Shown one piece after another: positions 40,131 to 50,719 of a stretch of DNA of 64,000 nucleotides. The number at the start of each line of letters is the position of its first letter. Within the stretch, counting starts at the first letter, position 1. Source of the stretch: Octopus vulgaris. Its lineage: Eukaryota. The translations under genes were made by a program, and so were the position numbers. The stretch spans positions 127,534,001 through 127,598,000 of the forward strand of contig OX597819.1 in the NCBI GenBank assembly GCA_951406725.2, in the 5' to 3' direction. Below the pieces are notes generated by a model. The model was not told where the DNA came from and searched no databases. It saw only the letters and a program-made list of their open reading frames with translations.

Positions 40131-40412
40131 TAAGAAAATATAAACCTTGACCACCAAAATCCCATCATATAAATCCCCTAATATCTAATTCTAACTCCCA
40201 CTCGTGGTAGGGTATGTGGTGGGGTGGGATGGGATGGCTAGAGAAGGTGGGGTTGTCTTAGGAGTGGGGTTACGAGGGAAGGTGATGATGATGGGAGAGA
40301 GAGAGAAGGGAGAATGTGGGTAGGAGTGAAGAGAAGAGAGGAGAGGGGAGGAGGGTTAGATGAAGAGGGGGAGAGTTGAGCCAATGTTACTTTCAACCAT
40401 ATGTGCGTGTGT

Positions 40413-40450
<38 letters not shown>

Positions 40451-41147
40451 CTGTGGACCAGTGATTCATATTTCAATGCAGTAGATGTCTACAGCCATTC
40501 GATGTCTTAAAAAATCCTGTTATATTTCTATAATTGAATATTGTGACAAATCTTATGTAACAGATTTTTACCCATAAATTTTAACAACAAAATCTTAAGC
40601 GGAAGCCTAAAGTGTTTCATGAACCCCGGTTGAGAACCGCTGATCTAAGAAAAAACCTTTAATTTGACCTCATTGCGAAATTAAAGTCCAAGCTCCCAAA
40701 TATACATGCAGCCAATGATTTTGTTTTTAATACACCCATTTGGATTTAATGGCGGTATTGATTTGTAGTAAAGTTATCTTAAACAAATCAATGTCGTTGT
40801 TTCTGGTGTTTGAGGCATCACGTTCGTTGCGTGCAGTCATAGACTGTACGTTTGTCCCTTCTGTTCCTCAACAGATCATACACCGTGTTAATTTTATAAC
40901 TATTATCGTTAACACACACACACAAACACACATCAATTTCATTCAGGTGTTCACTCTGGAGTTTTCTCATTTAAGGTCATAAATGACTACAGACCATCGG
41001 ATATGTCTATAAATTAGAGATCGATTTTTTTTACAGAGTGTATCTTTGAAAATACGAATCTGTAGAATGAATATAATTCCAATCAATGACAGTGGGGTGA
41101 AAAATTTTTTTTATTACATTTATTTACATTTGCTTCAGCCTTTCAGA

Positions 41148-41556
41148 AGGCGAGCTGGCAGAAACGTGAGCACGCCGGGCGAAATGCGTAGCCGTATTTC
41201 GTCTGCCGTTACGTTCTGAGTTCAAATTCCGCCGAGGTCGACTTTGCCTTTCATCCTTTCGGGGTCGATAAATTAAGTACCAGTTACGCACTGGGGTCGA
41301 TAATCAACTTAATCCATTTGTCTGTCCTTGTTTGTCCCCTCTGTATTTAGCCCCTTGTGGGTAGTAAAGAAATAGGTATTTCGTCTGCCGTTACGTTCTG
41401 AGTTCAAATTCCGCCGAGGTCGACTTTGCCTTTCATCCTTTCGGGGTCGATAAATTAAGTACCAGTTACGCACTGGGGTCGATAATCGACTTAATCCATT
41501 TGTCTGTCCTTGTTTGTCCCCTCTGTGTTTAGCCCCTTGTGGGTAGTAAAGAAATA
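41148..41556 (+). mobile_element. SINE family A, partial tandem dimer
   Basis: A full unit is followed by a second unit restarting at GTATTTCGTCTGCC (41377). Flanking repeat TATTTACATTTG.TTCAGC at 41121-41139 / 41559-41577. Confidence 0.9.
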
Positions 41557-42002
41557 GATATTTACATTTGTTTCAGCAGTATTCAGCTGAAACAAATAGA
41601 ATATATAATATATTATTATATATACTATATATAAATAATAATATATATAGTATATTATTATATACTATATAATAATATATAGTATATATTATTATATATG
41701 ATATATAACTATAGACTAACTTGCCTAGCAGACATATTCTTTTCAGGATTCTGAATAGCATATAGAACGAAAATTCTAATAAGACGTACAGCTATAATGC
41801 GAAGAATTCCATTGCATTGATATAAAGATACACCTTCATTAGAAAGTTGCATATATTATATAATAGTACAGCAATCTTTTGGGTGTTCATATGGAAGTGA
41901 AACGATTATAAATTTATACAATAAATGAATTTGTTCAATCAAATCTCTTTGTAAATACATATATATATACCTACATACATACTTGCTTGCACATATACGT
42001 AC

Positions 42003-42079
<77 letters not shown>

Positions 42080-42147
42080 CATACAAACACGCACATATAT
42101 ATATATATATATATATCATATATATATATGCACACATATATATATAT

Positions 42148-42252
42148 CGTAAAGTCAATACCACCATGACTGATATCCAATCTACAGTGGAGAAGGCTAG
42201 CCACTGGATTTGGTTAAAAAGAGACGATGAGCGATGGCTAGAAATTCCGTAA
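42148..42252 (+). pseudogene. Extreme C-terminus of an RLE-type non-LTR retrotransposon ORF (HERO-like)
   Basis: TDIQSTVEKASHWIWLKRDDERW* resembles the EKAS.W(I/L)WLKR...W terminus I recall from HERO-clade LINEs; not searched. Confidence 0.5.
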
Positions 42253-42538
42253 GCGGAAACCACACACGGACCATATTGAGTTCATCTCACTAACCAGCAA
42301 AATACATTTGCTGATTTCGAAAATCTGTTCGAAAGCAATAACAATTCTCTAAAAGGGATATAGACAGTAACTGCTCGATAACATAAGGGACCCTCTGATA
42401 TGGCTAGGGACAGCAGGTGGTGGGGGTGTTACTGTTGCATTTAGCCCAGGCGAACATCGACGTCACCAGAAAGGCTCGACACCGTCACGGTGCCCTTAAC
42501 TTGCAAAGGGAGGTAATTCCCCGATGAAGCGGAAACCA

Positions 42539-42584
42539 CACACGGACCATGGTTTCAAGGTGTATTGCCTATCATCGGCGTGTG
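42539..42584 (-). ncRNA. Type I hammerhead motif, copy 1
   Basis: Exact reverse complement of 43121-43166. Confidence 0.7.
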
Positions 42585-42896
42585 GTAGGCCTCCGCTTCC
42601 TCGACGAATTCTCACTCTGCAGGATTTTCTTATATAGATTTTCAAGCAAAATACATTTGCTGATTTCGAAAATCTGTTCGAAAGCAATAACAATTCTCTA
42701 AAAGGGATATAGACAGTAACTGCTCGATAACATAAGGGACTAAAGCCATCTGAATATGGCTAGGGACAGGGCAGGGTGGTGGGTGTTACTGTTGCATTTA
42801 GCCCCAGGCGAACATCGACGTCACCAGAAAGGCTCGACACCGTCACGGTGCCCTTAACTTGCAAAGGGAGGTAATTCCCCGATGAAGCGGAAACCA

Positions 42897-42942
42897 CACA
42901 CGGACCATGGTTTCAAGGTGTATTGCCTATCATCGGCGTGTG
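42897..42942 (-). ncRNA. Type I hammerhead motif, copy 2
   Basis: Exact reverse complement of 43121-43166. Confidence 0.7.
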
Positions 42943-43120
42943 GTAGGCCTCCGCTTCCTCGACGAATTCTCACTCTGCAGGATTTTCTTATATAGATTTT
43001 CAAGCAAAATACATTTGCTGATTTCGAAAATCTGTTCGAAATCAGCAAATGTATTTTGCTTGAAAATCTATATAAGAAAATCCTGCAGAGTGAGAATTCG
43101 TCGAGGAAGCGGAGGCCTAC

Positions 43121-43166
43121 CACACGCCGATGATAGGCAATACACCTTGAAACCATGGTCCGTGTG
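43121..43166 (+). ncRNA. Type I hammerhead motif, copy 3
   Basis: CACACG-CCGAUGA-UAGG-CAAUACA-CCUU-GAAA-CCAUGG-UC-CGUGUG. Stem I is extended by GAAGCGGAGGCC/GGUUUCCGCUUC past a UAC/U internal loop. Confidence 0.7.
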
Positions 43167-43480
43167 TGGTTTCCGCTTCATCGGGGAATTACCTCCCTTT
43201 GCAAGTTAAGGGCACCGTGACGGTGTCGAGCCTTTCTGGTGACGTCGATGTTCGCCTGGGGCTAAATGCAACAGTAACACCCCCACCACCCTGCCCTGTC
43301 CCTAGCCATATTCAGATGGCTTTAGTCCCTTATGTTATCGAGCAGTTACTGTCTATATCCCTTTTAGAGAATTGTTATTGCTTTCGAACAGATTTTCGAA
43401 ATCAGCAAATGTATTTTGCTTGAAAATCTATATAAGAAAATCCTGCAGAGTGAGAATTCGTCGAGGAAGCGGAGGCCTAC

Positions 43481-43526
43481 CACACGCCGATGATAGGCAA
43501 TACACCTTGAAACCATGGTCCGTGTG
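43481..43526 (+). ncRNA. Type I hammerhead motif, copy 4
   Basis: Identical to 43121-43166, 360 bp downstream. Confidence 0.7.
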
Positions 43527-43694
43527 TGGTTTCCGCTTCATCGGGGAATTACCTCCCTTTGCAGGTTAAGGGCACCGTGACGGTGTCGAGCCTTTCTGGT
43601 GACGTCGATGTTCGCCTGGGGCTAAATGCAACAGTAACACCCCCACCACCCTGCCCTGTCCCTAGCCATATTCAGATGGCTTTAGTCCCTTATG

Positions 43695-43760
<66 letters not shown>

Positions 43761-43778
43761 ATACATACAAACACGCAC

Positions 43779-43809
<31 letters not shown>

Positions 43810-43943
43810 TATATATAGTATATGTATAGTATGCGTGTATATATATTTATATATATATATATTTACACGCTTAATATACATATACTATATATACTACATA
43901 TACGTGTGCATATATATATGCCATATATATATACATACATACA

Positions 43944-43976
<33 letters not shown>

Positions 43977-44974
43977 GAATATATGTACCTACATATATGT
44001 GTGTGCGCGAGTATGTGTGTATACATGCATTTGTATATATCTATATTTATGCAATATATATATATACACACATATACATATTGTACTTACATATGTATAT
44101 GAGTATACACACACACTTATTCGAACGTGTATGTGCGTGCATGCGCGTGTGTGTGTGTGTGTGTGTGTGTGTATTTTTACACATGTACACACGAGAGGAA
44201 GAGATGATAAGGATTAATAGCAACAAGGAGGTAGGTGTCAGAAAGTTATTAGAGTTTTAAAAGCCAACAAAATAGCCATTGTAGCTGGAGGCGCCCTAAT
44301 GTCGGTTGTAGTTCTCAGCGAACCGAAACTTCTTCTTGGTTTCGCTTCCTGTTCGAAACCATTTATTTTCCTTCAAGTCATCAATGTCTTTTGCGAAGAA
44401 AATAGCTTAAGTGGGACAGCGCCCCACCCGTCGTTTCTATATATTAATATTTGTCTAAAACGTGATGCTTTTGTTCTTTGGAAAATTTCTAGTAGATGCA
44501 TCCTACTTGAAGGGCAGATATTTAAGGCAAATATTTATGTCCACATATTTAGTGTTATAAAACGGAAATAATTGTTACTAAATTTTAAAAAGATGTACAC
44601 CTATAGTGGGAAGAATCATTAGAGTTAATTACGGTTCTTGAAAAGAAAGTCATAGGCAAGAACTCCAGAATATAAATTGATTAAATTGATTAAAACGTAA
44701 ATATGAAGATCATGTGTTGAGTGAATCTGCTCTTAGCAGTCCTTTCACATAGACCTTTAGAAAAAAGTCACACGGTGTCAAGACAGGTGACCGTGGTGGC
44801 CATTTCAGCAGCAGTATCACGGGAATGCCCGATCCAAACTTAGTTTTTACATATTTTGCCAAAATTTTAGATCATTTAAGTGAAAATTGACTGTTATAAA
44901 ACTATGAAATGATGTCAGGTTTGGTAGAGACACCCTGTATATTTGGCCTAGGGATTGCGATATTAAAAATTATT

Positions 44975-45575
44975 AGTACAACAAATTTCAGGTTCAAAGC
45001 AAGTACAAGAAAACTAAGACTTGTTTCTGGGTCAAAAAATTGTCCTGGTTCTGATTCTGAGCTTTATTTCTCCAGATTAGGCACCATTTTCCTGTACCAT
45101 GAACCATATTTTTTATAATATGCTGCATAATATTGCGTGTTGAACACGACATTGCAAATACTGAAAGTTACAGAAAACAAAATAAAAATTTAGTTGGTAT
45201 AACAAAACATATATTGGTTATGAATTAAAAACACACCTGTCAGTTTAAACAACATTTGCCCTTCTAAACCTCTTGTGCGGAGTGTGATCTTCTTCTTTTA
45301 TACCCCAGCAGTAGTCTGCCAACATGGCAGAGTACCATTTTCCTTTGAATCGTCGCTGAAATATTCTGATGGTATCTTTCGCCATGTTCATCACCAATAG
45401 TGCCAAGATTTTCCGCAAAAAAGTCCAAATGTCAGTGAAGTACACGAACTTTTAGAGACTTATTACATTTCATATCATGCTAATGACTCAGCCTATCATT
45501 CACAACTTGCACATAGTCTTCTGAACGATGGTTGCCTAGGAAGTTATCGCAAACTTTCTTGAATGACTTAAAGGT
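44975..45575 (-). mobile_element. DNA-transposon transposase C-terminal fragment (probably CMC/Chapaev-like)
   Basis: Frameshifted peptides FLGNHRSEDY, SLKVRVLH*HLDF, ENLGTIGDEHGERYHQNI and RFKGKWYSAMLADYCW match a common invertebrate transposase tail; superfamily assignment is from memory. Confidence 0.65.
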
Positions 45576-46197
45576 AGGTTATAACCTGGTGTAGAATTCA
45601 GTACTCGAAGGTTCCCAAACGAGGCGTCAGTCGAGTACAGAGCGGTAATAAGGAAAGTGAGATGACAAAAGATCAAACGATTACCTTGTGAACTTCATTA
45701 GCTCAGAGCTATTTCCGCTATAAACAAGCGGTGGACTCAGATTAGATGCCAGAGTAACAACTTGAGGCTTCGACGGAGCTTCAAAATTGAAGTCCAATTT
45801 ATTTGGAAAAAAAAAATTGCATTTATTCAAATATACGGGAAAATATTACCAATGAGATAGCATATGTGTGGGGGATGAAAACCAGGGGTTATTCCCCTAT
45901 TTAGAATAGGATTAATTCTGAGATGTGTATAATGATGGGTGTACCCAGATGTAGAGAAAGACTAAATAACAATCAGTAAGAATATACGCGCGCACGCACA
46001 CACACGCACACACACACATACATTCGCACAAACACATACACACACACACCAAACACACACACACAAACGCACACACGCACACAAACACACATGTATATAA
46101 TCGAATAAAATATACATTCAGAAAATACACACATACACAAACGCGTGCTCGAACAAAAACACACCCACACATATACATACATACATACATACATACA

Positions 46198-46231
<34 letters not shown>

Positions 46232-46232
46232 C

Positions 46233-46777
46233 ACATGGTGGCTGCCCCCTCGTTATCGAGTATGGCCATTGCACGAAGCTTAATCAATGTTGTTATCGTG
46301 CAATGCCTGTGCAAGAAGATTTCTTTTTAATGTGAGGAAAGGCTGTGCACTGAGTCAATCCCACTCACTAAGCAACAGCAGCCATAATCCGAAAAGAAGA
46401 ACAAGTCAACATCATCGGTAACCACTGAGCCGCAGGTTTTATGTCGGAGTTATCCCAGTTACCTGAGTTACCTTCTCCTAGAAGGATGCCCAAACAAACG
46501 CTAGGAGTCCTTCACTCCCAAGGGTTTAACCACGTGATCGGGTATTCAGTCCGATTATTTCTATGTCCCCGCGCATGATACATCCTTAAGACATTTATTG
46601 GATGGCCATTGACTCTCAAGAGTTCCTCCACCCTTTGACGGGTTTTGTTTTTCATCCCGCTGGGTGTCCAATAAACACCCTCCACATCATGCATGCTTGG
46701 TGGGGTTGCGACGACCCGACCATGCAACAGGTTGTACTGGGTTACATGTTACCAGTAGCACTCGAAAGTGACCTGAC
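46233..46777. mobile_element. Interspersed non-coding element inserted in (TACA)n, possibly an RTE-derived non-autonomous element
   Basis: GC-richer island with ACATG at both junctions; minus-strand GGCATCCTTCTAGGAGAAGGTAACT resembles an RTE 5' UTR motif. Confidence 0.45.
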
Positions 46778-46876
46778 ATGTACATACATACGTACATACA
46801 TACATACATACATACATACATACATACATACATACATACATTCATACATTCATACATACATACATACATACATACA

Positions 46877-46911
<35 letters not shown>

Positions 46912-46914
46912 TAA

Positions 46915-47095
46915 AATTATAAATAAGGTTATCTAAGAGATACTACCATGCTTGAAATAGCAGTCAAAATCTGACTCTAAAAACTACATCAAGTGTTCAA
47001 TGTGCTGTATTGATCACTTGATGTGGTTTTTAGAGACAGGTTTTGATTCCCATTTCAAGCATGTTGGTATCTCTTGGATACCCTTATTCATAATT
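46915..47095. repeat. Long imperfect inverted repeat (87-bp arms, 7-bp loop)
   Basis: 46915-47001 AATTATAAATAAGGTTATC...CATCAAGTGTTCAAT is the reverse complement of 47009-47095 with about a dozen mismatches. Confidence 0.9.
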
Positions 47096-47194
47096 CTTAG
47101 TAATAAATATAACCTATGAAGTTTTCTCCCCATGCTGCCACTTGATTTGATCGGTATTTAAAATAACGATCTTATCCTTATTTATATAGAAATT

Positions 47195-50100
47195 TACATG
47201 TATATATTTATATGTATATACACATGTATATATGGGTACAGGACGTCAAAAAACATACACAATCTATCATGGCGACTAGTGCCGGACAGAAGGTTCAAAC
47301 ACGAGGAGGAAAGTAGGAGAGATAACAAGGTAAAGATGACCCCCAACACAAAGGTGCGTGTGTGTATAAGAGAATATGTAAGTGAGTGTTGGGTGGGAAG
47401 AAGGAGGAGGGAGGAGGAGAGAGGAGAGAAGGAGAGTGAGGGAGCAGAGAGAAAGAGAGTAAGGGAGAAGAAGGAGAGAGAGTAGAGATGAAAAGATGTA
47501 GCAGTGAAGAGAAGTAGGAGTCGGGGAGGAGAGTTGAGCCCGAATGGCGGAAAAGAGCGAAGAGAGAAGAATAATCCCTGTTCACGGCGCAAACGAGAGT
47601 CCGGATGGCTTCTGTGCAAGGACATTCCGAACACAGACAGGTATTGCAAGGAGTGACCGGTGGAGTGGAAATGGCGTGAGACTGGGTTGTCATTGCCGAG
47701 GCGGATGTCTCGGAGGTGTTCCGCGAACCGGTCAGCCAAGCAGCGTCCCGTTTGTCCGATGTACAGGGAATGGCAGAGAGAGCAGGAGATGCAATAGATG
47801 ATATTGCTGGAGGTACAGGTGAAGGAGTCGAGGATGCGATAGGGTAGATGATGGGTGCCGGTGAGGAGGGTGGTGTTGGAGAGGTAAGGGCAAGTGCGGC
47901 AGCGTGGTCGGAAGTAGGGGAACGAGCCAGGTTGGGAGGTAGGTTTGGGGAAGAAGCTGTGGACCAAGAGGTCTCGTAGGTTGCGGGCTCGTTTGAAGGA
48001 GGGGAGGGGTCGGTCAGGGAATATGTGTGAAGTGGACGGATCGGACTGGAGATGCCGAAAAGCTTGGAGAATGATGAGTTGGAGAGGTAGAGTAGTGGGG
48101 TGGTAGGTGAGGGGAAAAGGGAGGCGGGAGACTGCAGGGCGGGTTTGGGGGAGAGAGCAGATGCACGGTCCATGGAACGTGCTCTGGCAAGGGCGGTGTG
48201 GATAGTGGTGAGGGGATATCCACGTAGGATGAGGTGGTGAGCCATGAGTTGAGACTGAGTCTCAAAGTCATGGTCATCACTACAGAGCCTGCGTAGACAG
48301 AGGAATTGGGGATGGAAAGCTTGGTGTGTTTGGGGTGGGAGGAGGAGAAGTTTAGGTATGAGTGTGAGTCTGTGTGTTTGTAGTGGGTGGAGGTGGTAAG
48401 AGTGGAGTGATGAATGCTGACCGAAATGTCAAGAAAGGAGACAGAGGTGTCAGAGATAGTGCAAGAGAAGTGGCGAATAGAATGGAAAGATTTGACGAAA
48501 GAGAGGAAGGAGTCTAGATATTCGCGGGAGAGTGACGTGGCACCGATACAGTCGTCAATATAACGGCCATATAGTTCGGGAGTGGGACCAGTGAAACTAG
48601 AGAATATTTGGGCCTCGACATAGCCAACGAACAGGTTTGCATAGTTGGGGCCCATTCTCGTTCCCATGGCCACTCCCTAGAGATCTCTGGTAGAACTCGC
48701 TCACGAACAAGAAGCAGTTGCGTGAGAGGACAAGTTCGGCCAGACGAACGAGTGTGGAGGTGTTGGATTGGGGATTGGGTCGTAGGTCCAAGAAGTGTTT
48801 AAGTGCACGCAGCTTCTCGTGGTGAGGGATCACAGTGTAGAGGCTCTGGATGTCCATTGTAAAGAGAAGTTTGGAGGAGTCAGGAGGGAAGGAGAAAGAG
48901 TTGAAAAGACGAAGAGCATGATTGGTGTCATGGATGTGAGAAGGAAGAGAAGCCACTAGGGGGCAAGGACACAGTCGAGATATTTGGAGATAAGCTCGGT
49001 GGGGCGGCCAGGGTTCTTGGGTTTGTGGATTTTGGGGAGAAAGTAAATGGTGGGGTGCGGGGGATTCGGGCAATGAGGTTGGATGCGGTGTGGGGGAAAC
49101 GGGAGGACGAGATGAGGTCGTGGATGGTAGAGGAGGTCGTCTGTTGGTAGCTGGGCGTGGGGTAAGAGGACAGAGGGCAGTAGAAGGAGGTGTCAAGGAG
49201 TTGGTGGAGAGTTTCGGCCCTGTAGAGGTCCACGCGCCATACCACCACAGCTCTACCCTTGTCGGCCGGTTTAATAACGATGTTAGTGCGCCGTCGGAGG
49301 GAACGAAGAGCCGAGAGTTCGGCTGGGGAGATGTTGAGACGACGGTGGCGCCTGGAGAAGTTGAACTGTTCCAAAGCGCGCTGACAGGCACCCACAAAAA
49401 GATCCACTGCTTGGAACTGGCCAGGAGCAGCAGGCGTCCACTGGGATGGTCGGCGGCCCAGGTCAGTGAAGCAGTCCTCCTCGTTTGATGAGGGTGGAGT
49501 GTCGCGGAAAAGCGCACACAATCTGACGCGGCGCACAAAGCTTTGGATATCAGCACGAGTCTGACATTCCTTACAGGATGGAGTGAGGGGGATGAAACGC
49601 AGACCCCTACTGAGGATGGAGTGCTCTGCCACAGAGAGGGGAAGATCTAGGGGAATGGTAACAACAGACTAAAGTGGAGAAGGGGTGGATGGAATAGAAG
49701 TAGGAGGGGTGGATATGGTGGAGGTAGAAAGGTGGTAGGACTGGTAGAAGGCTGGGTGGTAGGGAGTGGGGATGTGTGAGTGGGGTTTGGAGGGACAGTG
49801 AGGTTGGGTGTGGGTGGGTGGAGCCTACCAGGGAGGGAGAAGGTTAGTGGAGGAGTTGGGGTAGTTGCATAGGGTGTGATGGAATGGAGGAGTGAATGGA
49901 GTTTATGAAGTTTGGTGTTGGTAAGAAATTGATGAAAGAGATGATTTAAATGAATTATATAACGCAACGTGTTGTGAGCATGGGAGGGTGGCAGAGAGGA
50001 GAAAAAGATGGAAAAAGCAGGAGGGAGAAGGCGGTCGATGGTATGTATTTTAGAGAAATTTGAGCGAATGGTGGCACGCATAAGGCGGTAAGAAGTGGTA

Positions 50101-50213
50101 CGGAGTATGGGTAGGACGGATGAATCAGCGGGCTCTGGTCGCCATAGCGCTCGCTGTGGTCTCGTAGCCGTGGACAGTGAGCCCAATGCCGCCCAGGGCT
50201 TTGCCCATGACAC
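47195..50213 (-). mobile_element. Penelope-like element (RT + Cys-rich linker + GIY-YIG endonuclease, Neptune-like), frameshifted
   Basis: LSRGLRFIP; IVIKPADKGRAVVVW; LFTMDIQSLYTVIPH; AMGTRMGPNYANLFVG; YGRYIDDC; SFLDISV; CRTCPY; NIIYCISCSLCHSLYIGQTGRCLADRFAEH. Split over six or more ORFs. Confidence 0.93.
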
Positions 50214-50340
50214 TCCATGGACCTAAGTAAGGCATGTGTAAAATTTGAATGAAATCGGTTGTGTAGTTCTCCAGTTTCAGGGATTTACACAGTCAGACAG
50301 ACTCACATTCTCAGTTTTATATATATATATATATATAGAT
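50214..50340 (-). mobile_element. Helitron-like 5' fragment
   Basis: AAATTTGAATGAAATCGGTTG...ACAGACTCACATTCTCAGTTTTATATATATAGA resembles the termini at 25340-25448. Confidence 0.55.
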
Positions 50341-50719
50341 ATAGATATACATATAGAAGTATATATCTGCGTGTACAGATATATGTATGAATGCAAATAT
50401 AAAAGGTAATATAAGGCACTTGAAGAGTTACCCGGCGTTGTCCGCGTTACATACAATTGAAGAATTAGACTTTTCCCTTACATTTTCTGTAATGAACTGG
50501 AATACGTGTGTTTCGAGTTTCATCAAATTTGCAGATGAGGGTTTTTTTCCTTCTTTACACACCCAAACAAAATTGTAATCGTGCCACAAATATCCCATAC
50601 TGCTAATTTTTATGCGCATATTCCAAAATTCCAGTCTTATAGCACCTGTTAAAAGGATTTTGCTCCTGAAAAATGTAGGTTATGGAGCTCTAAAATGTGA
50701 GCGTTAATGCCCCATATCG

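Larger units (their letters stand above)
42296..43698. mobile_element. Palindromic array of ~360-bp hammerhead-containing units (retrozyme / PLE pseudo-LTR-like)
   Basis: Exact 360-bp period on the right arm (43121 vs 43481). The left arm is its reverse complement around 43031/43032. Four HHR folds. Confidence 0.85.

Noticed and set aside
42879-42915. Possible opposite-polarity hammerhead (CCGAUGA-AGCG-GAAA-CCA...UGGUU) in the 360-bp unit
   Set aside because: No stem II and no complementary stem I; it is the mirror of the extended stem I of the real motif.
42296-43698. CRISPR array or prokaryotic element
   Set aside because: Units are 360-bp identical repeats without unique spacers; eukaryotic context, no cas genes.
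42496-43978. Mirror-image 65-150 aa ORFs in the palindrome
   Set aside because: They arise from the repeat symmetry, have no recognisable domain, and overlap a structured RNA unit.
50428-50645. Minus-strand exon-like ORF (MRIKISS...NADNAG)
   Set aside because: Its end (ACAACGCCGGGTAA...) resembles a decayed Helitron 3' hairpin; no recognisable homology.
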